Of a DNA stretch of 64,000 nucleotides, positions 23,617 through 34,818 are shown piece after piece. The stretch comes from Felis catus (taxonomy: Eukaryota): assembly GCF_018350175.1 (NCBI RefSeq), contig NC_058378.1:80724001-80788000 (forward strand), written 5' to 3'. The position numbers and the translations under genes were made by a program. Under the pieces are notes generated by a model that saw only the letters and a list, made by a program, of their open reading frames with translations, did no database searches and had not been told where the DNA came from. Every line of letters starts with the position of its first letter. Positions within the stretch are counted from its first letter, which is position 1.

Positions 23617-23811
23617 GGGGCACCTGGGTGGCTTAGTTGGTTAGGGATCCAACCTCAGCTCAGGTTATGATCTCATGGTTTGTGAGTTCAAGCCCCACAT
23701 TGGGCTTTGCACTGACAGTGTGGAGCCTTCTTGGGACTCTCTCTCTCCCTCTCTCTTTGCCCCTCCCTCACTGCTTCTCTCTCGCTCTCTCTCAAAAATA
23801 AATATACTTAG
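23617..23811 (+). mobile_element. CanSINE in L1
   Basis: ggggcacctgggtggc...ctcaaaaataaata; TSD aaaaaatatgt. Confidence 0.93.
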
Positions 23812-23916
23812 AAAAAATATGTTTTAATTATACTTTCACTTATTCCTTCTTTGATGCTCTTCCTTTCTTAATGTAGTTCTGAGTTTCTGATATTATTTTC
23901 CTTTGCACAAACAAAC

Positions 23917-23925
23917 TTTTTTATT

Positions 23926-23961
<36 letters not shown>

Positions 23962-24128
23962 TTTTATTTTAAAGAGAGAGCATGTGTGAGCTGGGGAGAG
24001 GGGCAGAGAGAAAGAGAGAGACTCTTAACCAGGCTCCACAATCAGTGTGGAGCCTGACTGGGGCTTGATCCCACAACCCTGGGATCATGACCTGAGCAGA
24101 AATCAAGAGTTGGATGCTCAACTCAGCC
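23917..24128 (-). mobile_element. CanSINE with (TTTA)n tail, 5' end in gap
   Basis: ...gggatcatgacctgagcagaaatcaagagttggatgctc. Confidence 0.9.
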
Positions 24129-24349
24129 NNNNNNNNNNNNNNNNNNNNNNNNNNNNNNNNNNNNNNNNNNNNNNNNNNNNNNNNNNNNNNNNNNNNNNNN
24201 NNNNNNNNNNNNNNNNNNNNNNNNNNNNNNNNNNNNNNNNNNNNNNNNNNNNNNNNNNNNNNNNNNNNNNNNNNNNNNNNNNNNNNNNNNNNNNNNNNNN
24301 NNNNNNNNNNNNNNNNNNNNNNNNNNNNNNNNNNNNNNNNNNNNNNNNN
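24129..24349. other. Assembly gap (221 N)
   Basis: N run. Confidence 1.
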
Positions 24350-24819
24350 CGTTGACTGCAATTCTCATCTTTTCTCCTCTATAGGTAAGGTTTTCTTTCT
24401 TCTAGTTTCTTTCAGGATCTTTCCTCTATCCTGAATGTTCTGGAATTTGAAAATGATATGCCTAGGTGTAGTTTCTTTGGCATGTTTCCTGCTCTGCGTT
24501 CTCTGAGCTTCCTGCATCTGTGGTTTGGTGTCTGTTGTTAACTTGGGGGAAGTTCTCAGTGACTATTGTTTCTAGTATCCCTTCTGTTCCTTTCTCTCTC
24601 TCTCTCTCTCTCTTCTCCTTTTGGTATTCCCATTGTGCATGTGTTACACCTTTGTAGTTGTCCTACAAGTTCTGGATCATTCTGGTGTTTTTTCAGTCTT
24701 TTTCTCTTTGATTTTCAGTTTTGGGAGTTTCTACTGTCATATCCTCGAGATCAGGGATTCTTTCCTCAGCCATGTTAAATCCATTAAGTCCATCAAAGGC
24801 ACTCTTCATTTCTCTTACA

Positions 24820-25173
24820 NNNNNNNNNNNNNNNNNNNNNNNNNNNNNNNNNNNNNNNNNNNNNNNNNNNNNNNNNNNNNNNNNNNNNNNNNNNNNNNNN
24901 NNNNNNNNNNNNNNNNNNNNNNNNNNNNNNNNNNNNNNNNNNNNNNNNNNNNNNNNNNNNNNNNNNNNNNNNNNNNNTTCCATCTCTGCTTAGATCACCC
25001 ACCAGCTCTTGCATCCCGTTTTNNNNNNNNNNNNNNNNNNNNNNNNNNNNNNNNNNNNNNNNNNNNNNNNNNNNNNNNNNNNNNNNNNNNNNNNNNNNNN
25101 NNNNNNNNNNNNNNNNNNNNNNNNNNNNNNNNNNNNNNNNNNNNNNNNNNNNNNNNNNNNNNNNNNNNNNNNN
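24820..25173. other. Two assembly gaps (24820-24977, 25023-25173) around a 45-bp island
   Basis: N runs. Confidence 1.
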
Positions 25174-25914
25174 GGATGTGATGGGCTGGGTAAAAGGAGT
25201 TGCTGTAAACAGGCCTTTGGTAATGTGAGGTAAGGGGGAGCGGGAGGGCTTTTAGTGAGCCTGTGCTTCTGGGCTGAGAACTTCACAAATGTTTCTCTGC
25301 TTGTTTTCTCCTCCCTGCTTAGGTGGGACAGGATGGCTCGAGTGGACTGGAGCGAAGTATTTCCCTTCCCGTAGGTCAGTTGGGCTCTGATAAAACCCCA
25401 GCAGGGCAGGTGCTATTTAACTAGTTTCTCCCAAAGGCAGGCCTTATTATGAGGGCTCTGGCATATTTCAAAAAACTCGATTTCCCCCTCCCTACCAGAA
25501 ACACAAGGGGATTTTTCTCTGCTATTTACTGCAAGAACCCGATAGAGCTTCTGGAGGTAAGACCCATGGAAGTGTGGGACCTTCCCTACGACCCGGCCAC
25601 TCCGGGACTTGTCCCCACTGAGCCTCCAGCAGGTTGTCAGTTACAGTTCCCGGTTCCCTCCCAAGGCCCTAGGGTTTGTGGAGATTTCTGCTGCATCGGC
25701 TGGGATTCTCCGGGTCCGCCCCGTCTGTCTCTCCAGCTTTGGGGGCAGTGGGCTGCTCTGGGACCTCACTTCTCTTCACAGATCTGAGAAGAGTTGTTGG
25801 TTGTTCAGTTTGCTCAGCTTTTGGCCGATTGTGAGGGTGGAGTGGCAACTCCCAAGCTCCTTACTGGTGGCACAGGGGAGCTTTCTAGGTATTTGTTTAT
25901 ATAGCGCTCGTGTC

Positions 25915-26777
25915 TTTCTGTTGGTGGTGGTAAAATATACATAACTAAAATTTACCACTTTCCAATGTATGCTTTGATGGCCTTAAGGACATTCACATTG
26001 TGGTGACACCACCACCAGCACTGCCATCCATCTCCAGAACTCCTCTCCTCTTGCAACACTGAAACGCTGGATCTGTTGAACAACAACCCTCTGTGCCCCC
26101 CACCCCTCGCCCCTGGCCAGAACCATCCCACTGTCTCTCTGTATCTGACTATTCTAGGGCCCTTGGTATAAGCGGAATCATACAACATCCACCCTTCTGT
26201 GACGGCCTCATTTCACTCCACATAATGTTCTCAGGGTTCATCTGTGTTCCAGCCTGTGCCGGAACTTCATTCCTTTTTAAGGCTGAATAATATCCCACCG
26301 CATGTGGATGTCACATTTTGTTCGTCGTTCACCTGTCAACGGACGTTTGGGTTGTTTCCGCCTTTTGGTCGTTGTGGATACTGCTGCTAAGCACGTGGAT
26401 GTGCAAATCCTTGTTTGAGACCTTGTTTTCAGTTCTTTTGGGAATACACTCAGAAGTGGAATTGCTGGATCACGTGATAATTCTCTGTTTGTCTTTTGCA
26501 GAACCGCCATGCTGTTTTCCACCGCGGGTGCGCCACGTTGCATTCCCACCGCTGGTGCACGAGGGCTCCAATTTCTCCACATCCTCGCCAACACTTGTTT
26601 TCTTCCTTCTCCTCCTCCTCTTCTTCTTTTCCCTCTTCCTTCACCTCCTCCTCATCTTCCTCCCTCTCCCCTTCCTCTTCTCCTTTGTCCATAATAGTAG
26701 TCCCAATGGTCTCTTCTCCTTCTCCTTCCTCCATAATAGCAGTCCTAACGGGTGTGAAGTAGCATCTCGCTGTGGTC
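25915..26777 (-). mobile_element. L1MB-like 3' end (3' UTR + ORF2 end) with CT-rich expansion
   Basis: gtggtaaaatatacataactaaaatttacc...ccatccatctccagaac...; ORF 26277-26594 (-) ELSRDPAIPLLSVFPKELK is L1 ORF2-like. Confidence 0.88.
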
Positions 26778-26784
26778 ACTTTAG

Positions 26785-26908
26785 ATATTGTAAAACACAT
26801 TCTCGAAGCCCAGGTCCTCCGTCTGGAGCTGGGCCCGAGAGTCCGCATCACTGACAAGCTCCCAGGAGACGAAGAGGTTGCTGGTCGCTGGCCCGCCTTT
26901 GAGTCAAG
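26785..26908. mobile_element. MER5A-like fragment
   Basis: gggcccgagagtccgcatcactgacaagctcccagg...ttgctggtc...ctttgagt. Confidence 0.5.
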
Positions 26909-27699
26909 AGGGCTCGGAGGATCTCTGATGGACTCCCTCATCCCCGAGCCTGCACTCATCTCTAAAGCTCTTTCTCATGATCAGTTCCCACCTCCCTGAC
27001 AAACAGCTTGCTCTTGTGGTTTCTGCTGCTGTTGACACTCACAGGCTAAGGACATTTTTGTTTACCTGCACGAAGCTTTGCTCCCCGAGGACGGGGAGTG
27101 AACCTCACCTGATCCTTTGCATCCCCTAGAGGGTCTAGCACCGTGCAGAGCAAGCGATGTGTCCTCAGTGCTATTTGTTGACGAAATAATAACAACAGCC
27201 CCTCCTCTGTGTGAAGACTTTGCAGTTCACGAGCACCTCCACGTGCTTGATTCAGGACCTGCCATCTCTCTTCTGATGGAACCAACGCTTCCTCCTGGCC
27301 TTCATGCTAGGCGCGAATTTTCTCATATCATCATTACAGCAATCTGTGGGTTTAGTAGGGCAGCAAGTTTGTGAGTGACTCTCCTGCCAGGAAGGGCAAC
27401 CTGTTGTTTAGAGAAGTGTCAACTGTGTCACCTCTGGTATCCTAGGGGACGATGGCAAGACTGGGACCTGTCCCCACTTCCCTGGAGGAGAATCGGGACC
27501 AGTAGCAGGAGTGGGGGCTTGCTTCTTCTCCCTGGGAGATCTCCATGGGGGCTGGCTGGTGTTTTTGAACTCTTGAATTTTGAAGCCCTTGGCGGCTTCC
27601 CCGCCAGCCGTCCTGCCTACGCCAGGCGCCAGTGGCACAGATGACCGCCACATGACGTCTTTCCTGCTTTTTGCATTGAAGGCCCTTACACAGTCGGGA

Positions 27700-27890
27700 A
27701 GAGCTAGGGGGGGTCTGGATTTCTGGCCCTGGCTCCATCCGTCCTGACCATGGGGCCCTATGCCAGGCACCGACACATCGAGCCTTGGTTTCCTCTTCTG
27801 TAAAATGGTGCAATGCTGTCTGCCCAGCTGGGCCCACGGGGCTGTGGTGAGCCCACACCAATAGCTCCGTGTGAAAATGCTTCGCGCGTT
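27700..27890 (+). mobile_element. MIR fragment
   Basis: gagccttggtttcctcttctgtaaaatgg MIR core. Confidence 0.65.
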
Positions 27891-29279
27891 GTGAAGAGAC
27901 ATACGTGCTACACTGTATGCACGTTGTGTACATCGTAAAATGGAATTGCTTTTTTATTTTTAACATTTGGGTATTTACGCAGAGACACTCTCATACGCAT
28001 GATCTTTTCAGCGGCTCATTTATTTGTCTGGCTGTGTAAAAAAATGAGATAGGAACCCCCATGGAAGCGACTAGCACGCTCCTCCCTTCTGAAACTTGAT
28101 TTCCGCTGTCATCCTTACATTTCCCAAGGGTTGGCTGGTTGGCGCGGGGAGGGGGGGCGGTCATCCAACATCAGGAGGGAAGCTCCGAGTTAAAAGTTAA
28201 TTCTTCTTTACCGTATCAAGGACACTTAATTCTTTTAGTGATTTACTCTTCTTTGTAATTATAGATGTGGTGGTTGCAGTGCCTTGTACACTACGTTACG
28301 GATTTTCTTTTATGCGATTTATCCCCATTACTGATTTAAAGCTCTTCCTTTGTAAGTTTTTATTCCAGTTCCTGCGACAGCGTTTAGGGACTTTGGCCGG
28401 GCCCAGGGCCTCTATGGGGGCCATTAGAGTTGCTGTGTACATATATAATTAAGGAATTTCAAAACACAAATTACCGCCTTTGGGGCCAATAGCCAGTGCA
28501 GTTACCATCTATCATGCCAGCTCTTGAGACAGCTCGGTGTGTGTTTGGTAAAGTAAATTAACATACAACAGCTTTGCTTAAAATAATGCTGAAATTTAAG
28601 ACGTAGCGAGAAGCAAGAAAAACAAATAAAGGGATCCAGGGAGAGTCAAAATCACATATTTAAATGAGGAGAAAATTCCCGCCTGGTGCCTTTCATCACC
28701 TGCAGGTTCCTGCACAAGGCTGTCTAGATACTCCGGGTCCCTCCTCACTTTTTCTGGATTTCTGGCCGAACTTCTACCGGGTTTACATCATCTCTGAGCC
28801 GACTGTGGCTTGGAAGGGACCTTTGGAGCCCATGTCACATATTTTAGCCTTTGGAAATGTCCTAGAGACAATGGACCTACATGTTTCAGAGTTTGGAAAA
28901 CAGTAGGGCCATCACCTGTCACTCTAGCAGCTGAAGACAAGCTGTCTCAGACACTAGCCCGATGGGAGGCCTGCCTCTGGCTTTTATGTCCACGCTGGGA
29001 CTCTTGGCCTCAAAGCCTACTTCTGGTCTTGGAAGTTGGTCCCTTTCCAACATTATAGCTCTACGTTTTTTTTTTTTCTTTTGCTGCCAATAAAACCAAG
29101 TTCAAGGCTAATATTAATGCTTTAAAAAAATACAATTGTCCTTAGGAGCCCAGTTAACAGAAGCAGATTCTTTAAAACAGATGTGTTTGTGGTCCAATGT
29201 TGATGTGAACGAGGCATTGGCTGCTTGGATGGGTGTAGAAATTTTCCCTGTCTCCTAAGAAGGAAGTGAAATGATGGTT

Positions 29280-29720
29280 CTTTGTATACAAATCCCTCAA
29301 ATCAACCACTGTTATGCTTCCCAGCAATAACCACCAGTGATGTGTTGGTGTGTGTCTTTTCAGACCTGCTTGATGTGCGTTTCATACATAAAGATTCATC
29401 TTTCAAAAAGCAAACTGGACTTTATTACTTTTTGGCCCCTTTTCTCTTACCCTACTTTAAACGTTTTCCCAAGTCAGCAAATATTTCAGCATGTGACTTT
29501 TAGTGGCTGCAAAGGTTTCCACTGCTCGACTGAGACCACCATTTTGTAGTCTTTTCGCGCCTGATGAAAGTTTAGGCTTTTTTTTTGTTTTGCTATTAAG
29601 GATGATGCTTCAGCGAACGTCCTTCCATGTGCATCTTTGCCCATGTCTACTATAATTTCCTCAAGATAAATTCTTAGAGACGGGGATACTGAGTCAAAGG
29701 TTATGCACGTGGACATTATC
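29280..29720 (-). mobile_element. Old L1ME-like 3' fragment
   Basis: ttttgctattaaggatgatgcttcag...tcaagataaattcttaga...actgagtcaaaggttatgca. Confidence 0.55.
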
Positions 29721-29748
29721 GTTTATTCCTCTTAAAAATAGCATTCTC

Positions 29749-29967
29749 GGGGCGCCTGGGTGGCGCAGTCGGTTAAGCGTCTGACTTCAGCCAGGTCACG
29801 ATCTCGCGGTCCGTGAGTTCGAGCCCCGCGTTGGGCTCTGGGCTGATGGCTCGGAGCCTGGAGCCTGTTTCCGATTCTGTGTCTCCCTCTCTCTCTGCCC
29901 CTCCCCCGTTCATGCTCTGTCTCTCTCTGTCCCAAAAATAAATAAACGTTGAAAAAAAAAATTAAAA
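29749..29967 (+). mobile_element. Young SINEC_Fc
   Basis: A box tggcgcagtcgg, B box gagttcgagcc, intact CpGs; perfect 15-bp TSD aaaaatagcattctc (29734-29748, 29968-29982). Confidence 0.98.
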
Positions 29968-30427
29968 AAAAATAGCATTCTCCTTGGTAAAAGAAGCAAA
30001 TTGCTTTGAGACAAATCTGCTGCCCTGGTCGTAGTCATGTGGAACATATTCTTGGCAGGAAGGGCTAAAGGTGAGGGCAGCTACCAGCCCCCACCCCAGG
30101 AGCAGACACAGAAAATGACCAAAGGACCCTGGAGCCACAGCTCCCTGGGGAAGAAGTTGCAACCTCCTCCTCAAACCACAGCTAATCCTTGGTGGGGAGG
30201 GCAGACAGCCAAGATTCTTTATCTGTTGATGGCGATTCAGTCCAGATAGAGTAATAAGATTCAGCAGCTTTCTAGAAGAAGTGGCTGTTGCACAGAGCTG
30301 GTTGTAGTAGCATTGTGGCTGGAATCAGGATCATAGAAGGTTCTAGAAGCTTTACAGGCAGTTTACAGTTGGGTTTTCACTGGGTGGGATTCTATGGGAT
30401 ACCAGCCCTAGAAAGTGAGCAGTGGGA

Positions 30428-30640
30428 GGGGGGGCACCTGGGTGGCTCAGTCGGTTAAGCATCCGACTTCGGCTCAGGTCATGATCTCACAGTTTGTGAG
30501 TTTGAGTCCCGCGTTGGGCTCTGTGCTGACAGCTGGGAGCCCGGAGCCTGCCTTGGATTCTCTGTCTCCCTCTCTCTCTGCCCCTCCCCTGCTTGTGTTC
30601 TGTCTCTGTCTCTCAAAAATAAATAAACATTAAACAAAAA
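30428..30640 (+). mobile_element. CanSINE
   Basis: Full body; TSD agaaagtgagcagt (30410-30423, 30641-30654). Confidence 0.97.
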
Positions 30641-30984
30641 AGAAAGTGAGCAGTAGGTTGGCTGAAAAACTCTTTCTTTTCATTTCATTAGAGAGTAGTT
30701 GGGTCCCCAGGAGTAATTCATGAACTTGCTTTGACAATATATTTCTTTCTGGGCTCTCACCTCAACAGGAGGCCACGGTTTCTGCCTTCTCAGCACGCAT
30801 TCATTGTAATATAATGTAATGTAATACAATATAATATAAATTATATAATATATATACATATAAAAATAAATTTTAAAGCAAGTTTGATTTGTGTTTCTGC
30901 CACTTAGATACAAGATTCTTGACTACTATAGTGATACCGAACTTCAACTCAATTCCGAGACCTAAATGGGATAATGGAGCTATC

Positions 30985-31380
30985 GAGCCTAGGTGAGTGG
31001 GCCAAGTCTCCTGCTTAGCACTGACTGCAGGTGAATGAATGAGTCCCAGTCCTTCCCTCAAGGAACTTGTACTCTCGGGCAGGAGCTCAATGTCCCACAG
31101 ACAAGGCAGGACGGATGGCCAGAGAAGGAAAAGATAGCCTTCGGCCAGTAGGGTAAGGACGGGATTCACAGAGGAAGTGACATTTCTGATGAGTCTCAGA
31201 ACATGACCAAGACTTTGACAGGTGGGATTGGCAAGTGATAGAATTTCTGGTAAGGAACACAGCAACATCAAGTGCTGAGAGGGAGAGCAGAATGTTTCAC
31301 ATTTAGGGAGAAGCTGGGAGATAAAACTGGAAGGAAGAGTGGGGGCTTTGCATGTTGTTTGGAACCTGGATTCCAGGCTG
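30985..31380 (-). mobile_element. L2 fragment
   Basis: gtcccagtccttccctcaaggaactt...ttcacagaggaagtgacatt...ggaacacagcaacatcaag. Confidence 0.5.
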
Positions 31381-33116
31381 AAATAAAAATGAGATTTCAC
31401 TGTGTTTGATGGAGCAGCTTTTATCAAACCAACAGACCCACAGAAACAAATAGAAAACCCACACAAAACTAAATAAAAACCACCACCCCCCCAAGCATCT
31501 GTTTGAAGGAATTAGAAAGCAGCCAGGACTTGAGGGGAAAGGGCTTAGAATACAGGGATCATCGAGGGCAAGACAACATATCTACCACTTTTCCTTTTGG
31601 GTGCTTTGTTGACATTTGGTTGTGACTAGAGGCTGAGATGCTTGCTAAAAGGCCCTTGCTGAGAGGCAGGGAAGCCAGCAGAAAGTTTTGGCAATCCTGT
31701 AGGGCTAGGAAAGCAAACATTAGAGTTTGAGATTGCTCAGGCAGCCAGAACTTAAGGTGTCATCACAGGGAGAAGAGAAGTGAACAGAAGTGAGCCCAAT
31801 ACTTGATGTTTTTCACCTTTAGGCATTAACAAGTTACCCAGAGCAAGATGCCAAGAAGCAAAGAAGTGGCTGAAAAAATAGCAAGTTATTGGTAGTTTTA
31901 TGGTACTGGGATGAGAACCATTTGTATTCAGGAGATACACAGAAGGAGGGGCCCTAGTAAATATTCCAGACTCTAAACTGGACACCTGGCAGGCTACACA
32001 CACCCTTAGCGGGGAAACTAGAGTTTCCGAAGGCTATAATCCAGCCTCAGGTCGGCAGAAATTAATAAGATAGGAAACAAACATAGAATAAAGCCATATG
32101 TTCATTCTTCAGAAAGACTAATAAAATTGGTAACCCTCTAGCAAGACTGAGAGAGAGCACAATGTCCCAAAATCTGGACTGAAAAAAAATCACTATCGAT
32201 CCTACAGATACTAATGCCAATATTATGAACAACTTTATTCCAATACATTTGAAAGTTAGGCAAAACAGACAACATGTTAGAAAAACAACACTTACTACAA
32301 ATTACTCAAAAACAAACAGACACCCTGAATAGTCCTATGCCTGTCAGAGAAACTCATTCTGTAATTGAATTCTTCCCACAAAGAAAGCTCTGGATTCAGA
32401 TGGCTTCCATGGTGAATTCTTTCAAATATTCGAGGAAGAAACAGACAACCAGTTGTATCAAAATTTAGAAAAAGAATCCCTCCCCAACTTGCTTTATGAG
32501 GCTAGCATAATCTTACAACAACTTGATACAGAGATTACAAAAAAAGGAAAATCATGCATTAATTTCTTTTGTGAACATAAAAATCTTAAACAAAATATTT
32601 TAATTAGAATACAATGATATATAAAAGCTATGCTGGGTTACTCCAAGGATGCAAAGTCAGTATAATAGTAAAAAATTAATCACTGTGATTGTCACATTAA
32701 CAGAATAAAGGAAAAAAAAAAACTAAATGCGATAAAAGCATGTGATAAAAAGTAAAAATTGAGAGTAAGAATAGAAGATAACATCTTAAATTGGATACAA
32801 ATCCTTAGTAAAACATTATATTTAATGGTAAAATATAAACATTTTTCTCCCTGAAATAGTCTAAGTGACAAGGATGGCCACTATCACAAGTTCTGCATTT
32901 TACTGGTCGTCCTGGCTAGTGTAATAAGGCAAGAAAAAGAAAAAGAGGCAGAAAGAGAAAGAAAGAAAGGAAGAAAGAAAGAAACAGACATAAAACCATT
33001 CTTCTTTATAGACAACATTATTGTGTATGTAGAAAACACAAAGTAATATATAAATAATTAGAATAAATCAGCCTAGCAAGATCTGGATACAAAGTCTATA
33101 TATAAAAATAAATTGT

Positions 33117-33339
33117 GGGGCGCCTGGGTGGCGCAGTCGGTTAAGCATCCGACTTCAGCCAGGTCACGATCTCGCGGTCCGTGAGTTCGAGCCCCGCGTC
33201 GGGCTCTGGGCTGATGGCTCGGAGCCTGGAGCCTGTTTCCGATTCTGTGTCTCCCTCTCTCTCTCTCTCTGCCCCTCCCCCGTTCATGCTCTGTCTCTCT
33301 CTGTCCCAAAAATAAATAAAAGTTGAAAAAAAAAAAAAA
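33117..33339 (+). mobile_element. Young SINEC_Fc, no TSD
   Basis: Near-identical to the 29749 and 34214 copies; flanks not duplicated. Confidence 0.97.
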
Positions 33340-33404
33340 GAAGCCTGACTCTTATACCATACACAAAACCAATTCTATTATAGACTTATAGACTACGGAT
33401 TTAA

Positions 33405-33612
33405 TTTTTTTTAATGTTTATTTATTTTTGAGAGACGGAGGCAGACTGTAAGTGGGGGAGGGACAGAGAGAGAGGGAGAGACTGAATTTGAAGCCGACTC
33501 CAGGCTCTGAGCTATCAGCATAGAGTGCGATGCAGGGCTTGACCCCACAAACTGTGAGATTATGACCTGAGCCAAAGTCAGACGCTTTAACGACCGACTA
33601 CCCAGGTGCCCC
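33405..33612 (-). mobile_element. CanSINE
   Basis: Full body; short TSD gatttaa. Confidence 0.94.
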
Positions 33613-33984
33613 AAGATTTAAATATGAAAAATAAATTAATAAGGCTTCTAGGAGAAAATGTAGAGAATACCTTTATGACCTTTGGCTTTGGCAAAGATTT
33701 CTAAAACATGACACCAATAGCACTAATGATAAAGAACAGGAATAGTAAGTTGGACTACATTAAAATTAAGAATTTTTGTTCACCAAAAGACGCTAATAAA
33801 GAATAAAAATTCATACCTCGGAGTAGGAGAAGATATTTACCGTACGTATATCTAAGAACTCATACTAGAACGTATTCTTAAAAACCCCAGAAACCAATAA
33901 GAAAAAGATAACCCCATAGAAAAATGGGCAAAAAGACTTGAATTAATGTTTTATAAACCAATAAATAGCTGAAAAGTGTCTTTA

Positions 33985-34191
33985 AAATTTTTAATATTTC
34001 TTTATTTATTTTGAGAGGGAGAGAGAGAGAGAGAGAGAGAGAGGCAGAGGGAAAATTCCAAGCAGACCCTCACTGTCACCTCAGAACCCGATGCGGAGCT
34101 CGAACTCACAAACTGTGCGATTGTGACCCAAGCAGAAACCAGAAGTCAGAGCCCCGACAAAGAGCTTCACGGACTGAGCCACCCAGGTGTT
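33985..34191 (-). mobile_element. CanSINE (older)
   Basis: Degenerate TSD ccaataaatagctgaaaagt / ccaataaatatctggaaagt. Confidence 0.9.
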
Positions 34192-34213
34192 CCAATAAAT
34201 ATCTGGAAAGTTT

Positions 34214-34433
34214 GGGGCGCCTGGGTGGCGCAGTCGGTTGAGCGTCCGACGTCAGCCAGGTCACGATCTCGCGGTCCGTGAGTTCGAGCCCCGCGTCGGG
34301 CTCTGGGCTGATGGCTCGGAGCCTGGAGCCTGTTTCTGATTCTGTGTCTCCCTCTCTCTCTGCCCCTCCCCCGTTCATGCTCTGTCTCCCTCTGTCCCAA
34401 AAATAAATAAACGTTGAAAAAAAAAACTAAAAA
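34214..34433 (+). mobile_element. Young SINEC_Fc
   Basis: Perfect 17-bp TSD aaatatctggaaagttt (34197-34213, 34434-34450). Confidence 0.98.
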
Positions 34434-34577
34434 AAATATCTGGAAAGTTTAATCACGGTACCAATCACCAGGAAAATGTATTTGAAAGCCACAATGAAAT
34501 AACCACTTGAATGGTTAGAATTCAAAAGACGGACTACTACCTCGTGTTGGAGAGAATGTGAAGCAATTGGAATTCTT

Positions 34578-34818
34578 TTTTTATTTTAACGAGTTTGCAT
34601 TTTATGTTATTAAAAATTTTTTAATGTTTGTTTATTTTTGAGAGAGAGAGACACAGAGAGACAGAGCGCGAGGGGGGAGGGGCAGAGAGAGAGGGCGACA
34701 CAGAATCTGAAGCGGGCTCCAGGCTCTGAGCCGTCAGCACAGCTCGAACTCACGAACCCTGAGATCACGACCTGAGCCAGAGTCAGATGCTTAACCGCCT
34801 GAGCCACCCAGGCGTCCC
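34578..34818 (-). mobile_element. CanSINE with small internal deletion
   Basis: TSD agcaattggaattctt (34562-34577, 34819-34834). Confidence 0.95.

Larger units (their letters stand above)
19322..25865 (-). mobile_element. Long degenerate L1M (L1MC/MD-like) spanning 5' region, ORF1 and ORF2; 3' UTR lost
   Basis: Collinear decayed peptides on the minus strand: ORF2 C-term (KCWRGC...WKTVW, 19393-19659), ORF2 (LFNKWCSNNW...KWIADLNVR, 20215-20481), endonuclease (EYIFFSSLHGSFTRIDCILGH, 23035-23238), ORF1 coiled-coil (NMAEERIPDLED, ~24700-24820). Confidence 0.9.

Noticed and set aside
29732-34400. Repeated near-identical peptides MGQRETEHERGRG...
   Set aside because: Antisense translations of the three young SINEs, not a gene family.
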